From Malacoraja senta (lineage: Eukaryota): DNA of 64,000 nt. Below the pieces are notes generated by a model, which was not told where the DNA came from, ran no database searches, and was given only the letters and a program-made list of their open reading frames with translations. Shown piece after piece: positions 12,553 through 25,325 of this stretch (the stretch's first letter is position 1; each line of letters starts with the position of its first letter). The stretch is taken from assembly GCA_038087875.1 (NCBI GenBank), contig CM075989.1, positions 10,728,001 to 10,792,000 of the forward strand. The letters are read 5' to 3'. A program made the translations under genes and the position numbers.

Positions 12553-14759
12553 TTCAGCCTGGATTTTATACACACCCTGTGATTGAGGTGAGATCATTAC
12601 CCACGAGGTCATGACTAACCCAGTAATCTTTTCTGCTTAAGAGCCACAGACTGCTTCTTCATGAGTCTGTGACATTATGATTTGGTTGGACACAGACCTA
12701 GTGAGGCAATTACTGGTGAATTGTGATATGTGATATGCAAATTGTGGTATGCAAATGTGATACCTCCTCAGTTGCTCGCTTCCTGCGTTATGTGAATAGT
12801 GACTTCCACACAAAGCTTTCTTAACATTCAATTGGTGCATGCACCTCCAGTGCCCCAACCTTGTCAGGATGGTATGTTGATGAAGCGCGTAAGATCTCGG
12901 AGGTGAATTCTGTGAGAATAGGAATCGATGTTGGTTCGAGTCGAAACCCTTCTTCAGACAGAGTCAGAGGAGAAGGAAACTAGAGGCATGAAATGGTTCA
13001 GAACAAATCAGAGCCGACACCGATGTCCAAGGAATGGTGGAGCCCACAATGGACCATTGTTGGCTGTGTAAGAGGTGATAATGAAGGGATATATGGATAC
13101 AAACAGTGGAACCAGCAGGATGGCTGGGGGTGGGGTGGTGGAGAGAGAGAGAGAGAGAGGGGGGGAGGGAATGCAATGCAGAGGTTACTTGAAACCAGGG
13201 ATGAACTGTGGTTTGCTGGTATGCCTGCCACTGGACAGTCGGGCATGAGAATGCATTCCTGCTCTGGCACTTTGATATCCACTCAGGTAACTTTCCCTGG
13301 ACTCCACCTCATCCACACCACACACGCCATTCTCCACCATGATCTTTATCTTACAGCAATCTTTGCTTTTCCCAATGATTCTCAATTCCTAACCAGTTCT
13401 TTCAGTCTTCTTCGCTGCAATAAAGTGAACTCCCCTTGGCAGCTCCGAGAAGATAGACTACCTAGAAATGGGTCCATCAACTGCCGAGCTCCCATTTATT
13501 CTCCCCATTTACAATCAATTCCCTCTGGATTCTACCACTCAACAGCACACCAGGGTATATTGATGCTGGCCATCAGAGTAAACATATAAATCCCATCCTC
13601 TCACTTTTTTCCCTGTAACTTGTTCTCTGACCCAGATCATTGAACTCCATTCTGACTCCCGTACCACTTTTAGCAGCCAGTTAACCCACTAACCTGCACG
13701 TCCCTGGGACGTGGGAGAAAAGTGGAGCACCTGGGGGAAACCCATACAATCACAGGGAATCATCACACACGCACACAGCACCCGAGGTTAAGATTGAGCC
13801 TGGGTGTCTGGAGCTGTGAGTCAACAACTAGACTAGCTACACAATAGTGCATGCTGAATGCGACTAACGTTGACTGATGCATCAGATCCTGCCCTCACTG
13901 TCGGTTGCCGTGTTTTGCGTCTCTCTGCCAACAGCTTCTCATTACCAGAGGCTCCCAGGAATGTAATTGGCAAATGTCCTCCGTCACCCATTGCCTCTGA
14001 CTGTTCGTAATGAAACACAAAATTGGAGATCTTGTTGGAGCAGAGCTCTTGATTGCTTTCCTAGCTGGAGGCTATCTTTCTGAATTGTGAGTGTGGCAGG
14101 GCCTGGGCTTGTATTGATCACAAGTCTCGAGTTCGGGATGCTGGGGTGCTCTGCACCCACTCTTTCAGCTGTGTTCTGCTACTGGTAATTGGTTTATCTC
14201 TGACAACATACAATTTGAGTTTACTGAGTGAGGTTGTTCCTGGACACACTAGTAATAACAACGTGTTTCTATAACGTGTGAATAAAAAGGATTCAAAGTA
14301 TGTGCATCACCAGAAACTGCTCATAGAATCACACAATCGGCTCACCTCATCCATGTCAAATGTGGTGCCTGTCTTCGCTAATCCCATTTGCCTGCATTAG
14401 TTCAGGATGCTTCTACACCTTTCTTTTCCAAAATACCTTTTAAACATTTGCCACCGCCACCACCTTCTCCAGCAGTTTGTTGCAGATGTTTCAACGGTTC
14501 AATAGTGCTTTATCATCACATCTGCAAAACACCGTGAAATTATTTTTCATTGCGCCAGATTTGGTGCCATTTTCAAAGTCCGACTGCGTACTAAATCTTA
14601 TGGAGCGGTGACCGATCCAGGCAACCCCAGGCTGCCTGCAGGATTTCCAGCCATCGCCTTCATCTGGATTGTTTATCAAACCGACGTCCCTTTCCTCGCC
14701 CGGCCATCTTTGAGCCTCAGAGCGCCTCCTGCAACCGACCTTGAGAGCACGGAAGGTAA

Positions 14760-15283
14760 AGGGGCTGTCCCGCTGCGGCGACCTAATTGGTGAGTTTAGG
14801 AGAGTTTGAAAAAGTGTCATGTTGAAGACCTCCTTCGACTATGTGGAAGATCTCCTTCGACCTCCTTGGACTATGTTGAAGACCAGCTTCGACTAGCTTC
14901 AGGAAAATTGGACACCGAATAGTGGAGAGTGAAGACGACCTCCTTCGACCTCCCTTCGACTATGTTGAAAACTATCTTCGACTACCCTCGATTACTTATG
15001 AATAACATGCCGACCTACTACGACCTACCTTAACTAAACCTACGAGTAAAAAAAATATCGATTTTTTCCATGGCGACCTATTTTTATACAAGTGGGCATT
15101 TTTCAGCATGTTGAAAAATACGCCGCAACCTAGCTGAGGCCTCGAGTACGCGGGGACTACTCTTGAGCATGAAGGAGAGTTACAAAGGCCTTCTAGGACC
15201 TCGTGGCGACCATGCTGCGAGTATCAGTCGAGGGCAAACTCTTCTGAACTTGCGGATTAGGTCGCCGCAGTGGGACAGCCCCT
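14760..15283. mobile_element. PIF/Harbinger-type MITE (524 bp)
   Basis: TIRs AGGGGCTGTCCC(G/A)CTGCGGCGACCTAAT; TAA TSD (14757-14759 / 15284-15286); inverted near-copy at 57450-58007. Confidence 0.85.
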
Positions 15284-15286
15284 TAA

Positions 15287-15914
15287 AGGGACCTACTTTG
15301 CGAGTTTAGGAGAGTGTCATGGTCTTGTTGTATCGCCGAAGTAGAACACCTCCTACGACCTCCTTCGACTATGTAGAGAACCTCCTACGAATATGTAGAA
15401 GACTTCCTAGGACCCTGTAGAAGACCTCCTTCGACTATGTTGAAGACTGGCTTCGACTATCTACGATTTACTCGCTGATGCTCTCTGGAAAATTGGACAC
15501 CGAATAGTGGAGAGTGAAGACGACCACCTTCGACTACCTTCGACTACCTTTGACTAGACTAACACTATCTACGACTACCGTCGATTACCTTCGACTTCCT
15601 TTGATTACCTTTGATTGCCTTTGATTACCTACGAATAACATGCTGACCTACTATGATCCACTTCGACTAAACCTACGAGTAAAGAAATATCGGGTTTTTT
15701 CCATGTCGACCAATTTTGACTCGCGGACAATTTTCAGCATGCTAAAAAATACTCCTCGACCAAACTGAGGCCGCGAGTACGCGGGAACTTCTCTCGAGCA
15801 TGAAGGAGAGTTACAAAGACCTCCTAGGACCACGTGTTGACCATGCTGCGAGTTTAAGTTGAGCGCAAACTCTCCTAAACTCGCCAATTACGTCCCCGCG
15901 GTGGGACAGGCCGT
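15287..15914. mobile_element. Second, related Harbinger-type MITE directly abutting the first
   Basis: Same internal blocks (GAAAATTGGACACCGAATAGTGGAGAGTGAAGACGACC); right TIR GTGGGACAGGCCGT followed by TAA; left TIR partly deleted; shares the TAA at 15284-15286. Confidence 0.8.
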
Positions 15915-16039
15915 TAAAACTCTGGTTCACTTTCCTACCACCATTGCCCCTGGCGACCGTTGTCTCCGGCTCTGGGCGACGGTCAGGGGCTGGGCTTGAT
16001 GGCTTCACCCTGAAAGGCCACGCAGATCGCTAATCTTTC

Positions 16040-16215
16040 AATAGACAATAGGTGCAGGAGTAGGCCATTTGGCCCTTCGAGCCAGCACCGCCATTCAATG
16101 TGTTCATGGCTGATCATCCCCAATCAGTGCCCCGTTCCTGCCTTCTTCCCATATCCCCTGACTCCGCTATTTTTAAGAGCCCTATCTAGCTCTCTCTAGA
16201 ACCTGCCTCCACCGC
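16040..16215 (-). mobile_element. CR1 LINE 3' tail
   Basis: CAATAGACAATAGGTGCAGGAGTAGGCC... is the reverse complement of the tail at 18020-18150. Confidence 0.85.
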
Positions 16216-17243
16216 CCGGCGGTGTTCTGGGCGGGTTCCTGGTTCCACAGTGGGCGAGCCAGGCCTGCTGGTAGGTCTGGTCATGTCTTGCCTGGATACC
16301 ACCTTCTGAGTGAAATTATATCTCTCAGATCTCCGTTAAACTTCTCCCCTCTCACTCTAAACCAGTTCTTGACTCCCTTGCCCTGAGAAAATTTTCAGAG
16401 TTTCTAACAACTTACTTTTCCTCTCCTGGGTGTGGGTTTGAAGCTTGCTACATCTTCAAAGCAACGTTCATTAAACAAGCTCACTGTACAGGCCGTGTTG
16501 CTGCACAGCTGAGCCACGGGGAATGGTCGGCAGTGGGGTCTCTGCTGGGATTCTCTCTCCACGTAATTCTCCTCTCACCTCTTTAACTGGAATCTGAAGG
16601 GTGAGTTTCATGGGAATGTGCACAGAATAAAAAGAAAATCAGATTAATGCAGGATTAGTGGGTGCCAGTATAAGGGGCATCCCTGACGATACTTCCAGCC
16701 TTCCTGATGCAATGCACCGTGAAGATGGACTGCTTGTGCCGAGCCTGTGATGGACAAGGTTGCATTCAGCATTCTCTGCCGGTTCAGGTGGTCAAGAATA
16801 GAGCAGGTGCCATACTAGACGGAGATGCAGGTTGTCGATGATATAGATACCTAGGAACGTGAAGCTGTCGGCCATCTCCACAGCCGCTCCATTGATGAGG
16901 TTTTCCCTTCCTTGCTTCCTTAAGTCAACAACCTCTTTCATCTTAGAAAGACACAAAACACTGGAGTAACTCGGCAGGTCAGGCAGCATCATCAGGGGAA
17001 CATGAATAGGTGATTTTTCAGACTCCCAAATTGTCACTATCCATGTTCTCCAAAGATGCTGCCTGACCAACTGAGTTCCTCTATCATTTTGTGTCTTTCT
17101 TTGGTAAACTAGCATCTGCAGTTCCTTGCTCTGGTATTTTATTTCATTCTTCACATGTTTAAAATATAATGTTTTATTTTTAAATGTCTATTATGTATAT
17201 TGTGTTGTTACTTGTGAGCAAAGCACCAAGGCAAATTCCTTGT

Positions 17244-17244
<1 letters not shown>

Positions 17245-17273
<29 letters not shown>
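17245..17273. repeat. (GATA)n microsatellite
   Basis: AGATAGATAGAT... run at the tail of a nested element. Confidence 0.9.
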
Positions 17274-17274
<1 letters not shown>

Positions 17275-17782
17275 TGCCTTTATTGTCATTCAGACCGAAG
17301 TCTGGACGAAATTGCAGCAGTCATACATATAATACAACAAAAACAACAATAAACACATATTAACATCCACCACAGTGAGTCCACCCAGCATCTCCTCACT
17401 GTGATGGAGGCAAAAGTCTTATGTCTGCAGTCTATTCCCTCCTCTTCTCCCAAGTATGTATATATACTTGGCTAATAAAATGTATTCAATTCAATTCAAT
17501 TGCTATTACCCCTTTAGTCTTGCTGATGGTAAGAGCTAGATTGTTGTCCTGGTCCCATGTCACAAGCTTGTTGATCTCTTTCCTGTCTCATTATTGTTGT
17601 TGATCTGCCCGGCCAGAGCGATATCATTGAACATGAAGATCTAGTTGGCATTGTACTTTGTGATGCAGTCATGGGTGCTGGGAATGGAGAAGGTGACTGG
17701 GCATACAACTCTGCGATGATGCAGATCAGGGTGGAGAAACGTTCTGACCAACTGAGATTTACCACAAAGGAAGTCGATTGTT

Positions 17783-18150
17783 AAGGGCTTGGACACACTA
17801 GAGGCAGGAAACATGTTCCCGATGTTGGGGGAGTCCAGAACCAGGGGCCACAGTTTAAGAATAAGGGGTAAGCCATTTAGAACGGAGACGAGGAAACACT
17901 TTTTCTCACAGAGAGTGGTGAGTCTGTGGAATTCTCTGCCTCAGAGGGCGGTGGAGGCAGGTTCTCTGGATGCTTTCAAGAGAGAGCTAGATAGGGCTCT
18001 TAAAAATAGCGGAGTCAGGTGATATGGGGAGAAGGCAGGAACGGGGTACTGATTGGGGATGATCAGCCATGATCACATTGAATGGCGGTGCTGGCTCGAA
18101 GGGCCAAATGGCCTACTCCTGCACCTATTGTCTATTGTCTATTGTCTATT
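17783..18150 (+). mobile_element. Young CR1 (HER1-like) LINE 3' end
   Basis: ORF 17789..18022 ESRTRGHSLRIRGKPFRTETRKHFFSQRVVSLWNSLPQRAVEA is the CR1 ORF2 C-terminus; (CTATTGT)n tail. Confidence 0.92.
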
Positions 18151-19614
18151 GTTGCAGATGGAGGCCCTAAGGCCAAGGTTCAGTAGTTTAGGAGTGAACT
18201 TATTCGGCATTATGGTGTTGAAGGTTGAGCTGTAGTCAATGAAAAGCATCCTGACATACAGTAGGTGTTCGCATTGCCACCACTGCACAACAAGTTGGTA
18301 CAGCGTTGGTAATTCCTCTCTCATCCCTGTGAGTTATTGACCATTACGGGTTAATTGTTCAACATGGATTAGCCTTGCTCAGAGCAAGGTTGAAAGATGC
18401 TAGAGAAGTGATGCTGCAGTGTGAGGATAACAAAGAGGAAGTCTCTTGGCTACGGGACCTCGAAGCGGCCAATTCTCATGGTCTGTGGGTCAGTCGATGG
18501 TCGGGTTGGATCAGTGGGAAAGGAGAACGAGAACCCGACAATACACGGGCCAGAGGTCGAGAGAAACTGGAACAAGAACAAAAAATGCTGGAAATACTCA
18601 GCCAGTCAGGCAGAGTCCCTGGAGAGGGAAACCAATGGTAACGTTTCCAGTCAAAAACCTTTCATCAAAACTGGATGACGATAGGACTAAATGGGCCAAA
18701 TGGTCGGCATCTGTGTCATAAGAAAATATGAGCATATAGTAGAAATATGAGGTTCAAACAATAAAAGACATAAACCAGATATGCCCAGACATTTCCCCTT
18801 CAGCCCCCATGCATCTGTCCTCTCTGTGTTGTATCTATCCTACTATCACCAGCTTTTAGCTCTCTCTCTGTCTCTGCCCTCTTTGATTTTAGCGGCACCT
18901 CTTATCTCTGCCTGTTCAATTTTTTAACCTCTGCATCTGTGTGCCTCATTTCCGTGCATTTCTATTTCCCTCTCGACATCTAGGTACGTTTAAGCAGCCT
19001 TGTTACGACAATAACATACCTTGCAACTGTGGATTCTGCCGCTGTACTCCTCTCAAAAGAGCAAGTCTCTCAGAGGGGCATGATCCATCTTCCTATTAGA
19101 TATTGACATCAGCCCTGACAACCTTTCCTGACCACGTCACGGTAATTAGCAAATATGATAGAAGCCAGCTCATGTAACACAAAAGCTTTTATTTCAACCC
19201 TGGTGTGCCTGTCTCAGACTTGATGGTATTTTGCCGCCTAAGCTATTAAAACTAGCTGCTCAAAGGAATTAATTGACCTCTTGGGCCCAATTAATATTCA
19301 CAAGATTAAAGGCTCTGCTTGAGGCTGGCACTGTGCCTTGTGTCTCCTGTCATTCTCGCATCTCTGCTCTAACCTGATCTTAATCTTGTCGAGGCTGTTC
19401 ATGAAATAAATTCTGACCTGAAAGAATGGTTTGTTTTCTTGTGCTGGTTGAGAGGTGACAGGTCTTTGTCTGGGAGAGATAGAGATGAGCATTTAATGGA
19501 AACTTGGACAGGATTTACAGACAGGGTTCCTGAGCATTAAAACATGCTTTAAGGGGGAACCCGTGGCTGCAGCCACCGTTTGTGCACAGCAAGCTACCGC
19601 AGGCAGTGATGGTG

Positions 19615-20420
19615 ACAATGAGAGGTGTCAAGTAATGCGTTTTGGCAGAAAGAATGAGGTTGGGCAATGTGGGCTAAATGGTGGAATTCCAATGGGAATT
19701 CAGGGAGACAGGGACCCGAGATCGCATATCATGGATCTATGGAATTGACAGCAGTTGATGGGAGCGTATTTGGGAAGGCACACATGGGGTCAGAGATTTT
19801 TATAGGCAGGAGCTTTAACCTCAGGGACAGGGATGTTATTTTCAGTAATTACAAAACATGTCTGGAGTATTATGTTCAGTTTTGGTCACCAGTTTCGGAA
19901 GAGTTGGACGGTCATGCTGAGAGCTTTACAAGAATGATTGAGAATGTCATATTGCCGCTGCAAGGTTAGATGAAGGAGGAAGGACACAGTGGACGGCTCG
20001 ATTGTTATCATGTATTGTCTTTCCGCTGACTGGCTAGCATGAAACAAAAGCTTTTCACTGTGCCTCAGTACATGTGGCAATAAACTAAACTCAAGGAAGA
20101 CTGGGAGGGAACTTAATGGAGTCCTGCAAGATTATGAATGGTTTGGGATAAATGAGAGGGAAGCAAGTGGTTCAAGGATCAGGGCAACAGATTTGAAGTC
20201 AGCAAAAGATGCAGTGAGGATATAAGAGAAAGTTCTTAAGCAGAATGGAATGAGCATGAGATTAAGAAGTTTGCCGGGGAGGTGGAAACCCCTCAAACTC
20301 AACAGTGAGGCATGAGAGGGGATAATTTACAGGCCACAAAGACATGGGGCTCATGGCATTGCCTTACAGAGGGCTAATATGGGTTCAATGGGACGAATGG
20401 TCTCTATGCTGTACTGACTT
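19615..20420 (+). mobile_element. Old, degenerate CR1 LINE 3' region
   Basis: Peptide remnants RCQVMRFGRKN and LEYYVQFWSP; CR1-type tail near 20380-20420. Confidence 0.7.
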
Positions 20421-23400
20421 CATGGGTGAGATATCTTGCTTGAGGTGCAGACTGAGGGATAAATGGCTCTCAAAGCCCTGGATCAGTTCCATTTGAAGAT
20501 TCCAACATGCTTCTCCAATTATTCAATTGCAAAGATGCAGCAGCTAAAATATTGGCTGCAGTTTGGGTCACAGGCTTCACATTTTCTACCAACTTAACCC
20601 CTGCGTTTCACCGCCTGACCTTCCTCATGCACTGGATGCGGAGGTTAAAAAAAACCTCCACAAAGTCTTAAAACCCTTCAGCCCACCTGGTCTCAGCTGA
20701 CCAACAACCGCCCATTTATACTGCTACATTATTCCCATGTTCCCATCAATTTCCTTCAGGTTCTAGCCCTCGCCTACACACCAAGGGCAACTTATAGTGG
20801 CCAGTTAACTCACGTGCCCACACGTCTTTGGGATGTGGGAGGAAACTGGAACATTCTGGGGAACCCCACAGTCACAGGGAGAACATGCACTCAAGGTCAG
20901 GTCTCTGCTGCTGTGAAAAGCTATGTAATTGCCTGTCTAAAGTAGACAAAAAATGCTGGAGAAACTCAGCGGGTGAGGCAGCATCTATGGAGAAATGGAG
21001 TAGGTGACGTTTCGGTCCGAGACCCTTCTTCAAACTTCTTCTTGAGTGCCTGTCTAGATGTCCTAGCAATGTAGTGACTGTAACTAACTATACCACCTCC
21101 TCTGGCAGTGAGTTCCTGATAATAGCTGCTCTCTGTGTAAAGAAATTTATCCTCAAATCCTTAAAATCTATTTCCTCCCACCATAAACCCATTCCTGCTT
21201 TTTTTTATACTACCACCATAGGAATAACGTTTTATCTACCCTAAACACTGCTACACACCGTAATTACAAAGGCTAATTCACATACCCACGGACTCATGTT
21301 TGCGGAGCAGAAATGAATCCATATGGTCACAGGGAGAACGCGCAAACTCCACACAGACAGTTCCTGAGGTCAGGATTGAACCCAGGTCTTGGGTGATGTG
21401 AGGTAGTGACTCTACCAGCTGCGCCACTATGCCAACATCTTGAGCTTGGTGTATTGATGGTCTATATGCTTGCACTGCAGCAGGGTGAGAGGGTGGTGAG
21501 GAACTCTTGTGCTCACTAACTGGAAATGAGTGTCTTGGGAAATCGCAGGCTGGAACTGAGTGGCGTTGTCTACCGAATGCAAATCTTGCCTCGTGTTTAC
21601 AACATCCGAGGAGACCTTCCTCCCGCAAAGCAGACAGCTCCGGATCCAAGTGTAAAAAGTCCTGCCACTTCAAGGCAGGGGAAGGAATTTACACTCCAGA
21701 TCTGACAGCGTCAGTGCTGGGAACTGACTTCATTTGTTTAGGTTGGCTGCTTAGGGCTGCTTAGAGGATCAGGTCCACTCTGCCTTAAACCAGAGCCTCT
21801 CAATTGCTGTGTGTGCATGGGTTCGATCCTGACTACTGGTGCTGTCTATACAGATTTGTGCGTTCTTCCTGTGAGCGCATGTGTGTACTTCGAGTGATCT
21901 GGTTTCCTCGCACATTCCAAAGACGTGCAGGTTAACTGGCTTCTGTAAATTGTCCCTAGTGTGTCGGATAGAACAAGTGTATGGGTGATTGCCGGTCGGT
22001 GTGGACTCGGTGGGCCGAAAGAACTGTTTCCATGCTGTGTCTCAACTAAACTTCACTCAACCAGGAACACACAGGGTTAAGAACTTCAAGAAAACATTCT
22101 CACTTTTTACCTTCTTCGTACCTCGCAAAGATGTTCAACATAAATCAGTTGGTTTTATTCGCAAAGTTTATCTTTAAATCAATTATAATTCATTGAAACC
22201 ACAATGTTTCTGGGTTGGTGAGCTCGCGGCTCAGTCTGTCAGATGTTTCACTGGAGGAGGACTGATGTTCCCACTTCATTTTCAGCTGCAGTTCAGTGCC
22301 TAGTGCTCTGATCCTCTCACTGGGAGACTGCAGTCAGCTCCCACTGCCCAGATGTTAGTATGAAATCTAAGTTGCTGCTCCAGCGCAGAGCTGAGAGAGG
22401 GGGTGGCCTAGTCCTCCAGGTCTAATGAAGGGCCCGGTCCCGAAACATTAACTCCTTCTCTCTCCACAGATGCTGCCTGACCTGCTAGGTGTTTCCACCA
22501 TCATCGTCATCGGTCTCAAGAAGGGTCCCAATCTGAAATGCCACCTGTTCAAGTTCTCCAGAGATGTTGCCTGACACGCTAAATTACTCCAGCACTCTGG
22601 CTTATTTTGTAAACCAGCATCTGCAGTTTCTTGTGGCAACTCATTCTGCACTGGTTTAATACCATTTCTAAACTGGGCAAGAAGGTACTTTGCAACTTGT
22701 AACCAACTAGTTTTTTTCTGCTCCAAATTCTAACGAAGGAGCTTTGATCTGAACCATTAACTATGTTTCTCTTTACACTGATGCTGCCTGTCTGGCATGC
22801 TGCATGTTTCCAATAAGTTCTCTTTCATCTCAATATAATCAAAACCTGTGCTCCTTTTAAAAATTGGACTTTGTTTTATTAATTAGCAATGACGTTTGAT
22901 CTGGACTTTCTGGAAAGGGATATCTAGCCTTGGTATAGTGATAATTTGCGGATTTAACTTAATGACAATAACTTTTTGTGGGAAGGATTGATTCTAAAAC
23001 TAATGCGGTAGTAACAACTAACTGGACTGGTTCCCAACTATTTTTAACGCTGATGTATTTGCTGTTAGAGCATTAATATGACACCTTTCCCGACCTCCGA
23101 ATGCTCCCGTCTCCCACAGTCACTTAAGTACCCTTGTAATGGCTGGAGGCACGGCAGTCAATTCATGCACAGTAGGATACGGCATCCATGAGGAACAGGT
23201 AGTCCAGTTGGTGATGTTGTTTGAGGGGAAATGTTCATCATGGCACTGGAAAGAAATGTCAACTCTTCCCTGGCACCGCACCACACCTGCTCCTGTCTCT
23301 GCCTCTCTCTGAACTAGTGCCATGGAATAACTCTGAACAAGGGTCCTGACTCAAAACATTGCCCATCCATGTCTTCCAGAGATGCTCCCTGGCCTGTTGA

Positions 23401-24166
23401 GATACACCAGCAATACGTATTTTACTCAAGAGTGAGTAATCAAGAATGTATCTGCAGTTGATAGTGTCTCATTGGAATCTTTACTGTCAGCTATGAGTGC
23501 AGGCAAGCCCTGGTTTATCAGCATCTCCAACCTGAGCTATCAGTCTGGCTTTCTGAGTAAGGGAACCAGGGTCCCATTCTAAGACTTGAACACACCACCT
23601 CAGTAGATGCAGCTGTAAGAGTGCTGGACTGTCAACGGAGCAGTGCCTTGGTATGTCCAAAAAGCTCAGCACCATTTTCCCCCTCCACTGCAGTGCCAAG
23701 TATGTCTGGCATTTTCTGCTTTCCTTTCAATCCAAATGCTGAGATATCTATAGACAAATCTGTCAGTGATCTGTGAGCTTATGCATGTTCCCAGTATAAA
23801 TGACTTGCCATTTTAGTAATAAAAAGCAGGAAACGCTGGAAGCACTCAGCAGGCCAGGCAGCATCTGTGGAAAGATATATCAGGTTCTTGAACCAACCCA
23901 TACAACACTGATCATTCTTTGGCAAAGGAACACTACAGATCACGTTGTGCACTATCAAGGGGATGTTTTTTAATCTAACTGTTTTGCAGAGTTGTCTTTT
24001 TTTTCTTTTTTTCTTTTTTACTGTCTTCAGAATTTGTGCATAATTTATGTATAATATAATTTTTTGTGCATTGTTGGAGTATGTGTCTGTGGGCAAGATT
24101 TTGCATTGTATCTGCCACTCGCTATACTTGTGTAAATGGTACAACAACTCGTCTTGACTGGGCGGC

Positions 24167-24585
24167 ACCGGAGGTCTTGGAGAAAACCCACGCAGGTCAC
24201 GTGGAGAACATACAAACTCCATACAGGCAAGCACCCATAGTCAGGATCGAACCCGGGTCACTGACGCTGAACGGCAGCAACTCTAAGGCAGCGCTGTGGT
24301 AGAGTTGCTGCCTTACAGCGCCAGAGCCGCAGGTTCGATCCTGACAACGGGAGCTTGTCTGTACGGAGTTTGTACGTTCTCCCCGTGACCTGCGTGGGTT
24401 TTCTCCGGGATCTCCGGTTTCCTCCCACACTCCAAAGACGTACAGGTTTGCAGGTTAATTGGCTTGGTATAATTGTAAATTGTCCCTGGTGTGTGTAGGA
24501 TAGTGTTAGTGTGCTTGGATTGCCAGTCGGCGCGGACTTGGTGGGCCTGTCTCCACGCCATTACTTGAAACTAAACTAAAACTAA
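24167..24585. mobile_element. Head-to-head HE1 SINE pair
   Basis: Minus-strand 5' part at 24167-24285 and plus-strand copy at 24300-24585, separated by a 14-nt spacer. Confidence 0.85.
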
Positions 24586-25325
24586 AGATGGCTGTAAACA
24601 GTAACAAACTGTGATATTTGTCAAGTGGGTATCCGCAGTACTTGGCTTCGCCATCAGATGTCGCCGTTGCCCCACAGCTAGAGCTGAGGCCAAGCAGAGT
24701 GGAGGCTAATGTGACACCAATCAGCTGTCTGCCCCCTGAGCTCACGCCTGAGCATGTAGCACATTTTCAGTTTACTGCCTGTAATTGGAGAAGTTTATTT
24801 TCAAAATGCAGACGCTGAAATTGGCTCTTGGAGAAGGCAAACTGGCACCGAAAGCACTCTCTGGCTTTGGTGCTAATCTCTGCATGTCATTTCAGTAATG
24901 ATTACAATATTCCACACTTTATTGTCAAACCACACGGAAGTATCTAACACGGGCCACAGGAGTATAATTGAGCAAAGAGCTTTTCAGGAATTTCTTGTTA
25001 ACCGTTTCTGAACCGGCTGCCTTGAATGTTCTTTGGCGTCTGGAAACACTCTGCCTTTAATTAATTGCCCCTTCCGCACGGCAAAAGATGACACAATCTT
25101 TTATCGTTTGATATGCACATTAAGCTGGAGTAACTCAGCGGATCAGGCAGCATTCTGGTGAAAGCGAAATGGTGACGTTTTGGGTCAGAGCTGAAGGTAG
25201 GGGTGGGAGGGGAATAATCTGGAGACGAGGAAGGGCCAGAACAAATTAGGGCTGGCCACGGATAACCTCCGGAAGGGTAGAGCCCACAATGGCCCATTGT
25301 TGGCTGGGGAACGGGGTTAACAGTG

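Larger units (their letters stand above)
16650..18290 (-). mobile_element. Degenerate Rex1/Babar-clade LINE RT fragment with nested younger insertions
   Basis: Minus-strand peptides [29 protein letters not shown] and INGAAVEMADSFTFLGIYI are Rex1-like RT motifs. Confidence 0.75.

Noticed and set aside
12993..13589. 198-aa ORF
   Set aside because: Runs antisense through a PLE terminal region and a GA microsatellite; no recognisable protein.
14820..15680. CRISPR-like array
   Set aside because: Repeats are short, degenerate and irregular with no unique spacers; they lie inside TIR-bounded MITEs in vertebrate-type DNA with no cas genes.
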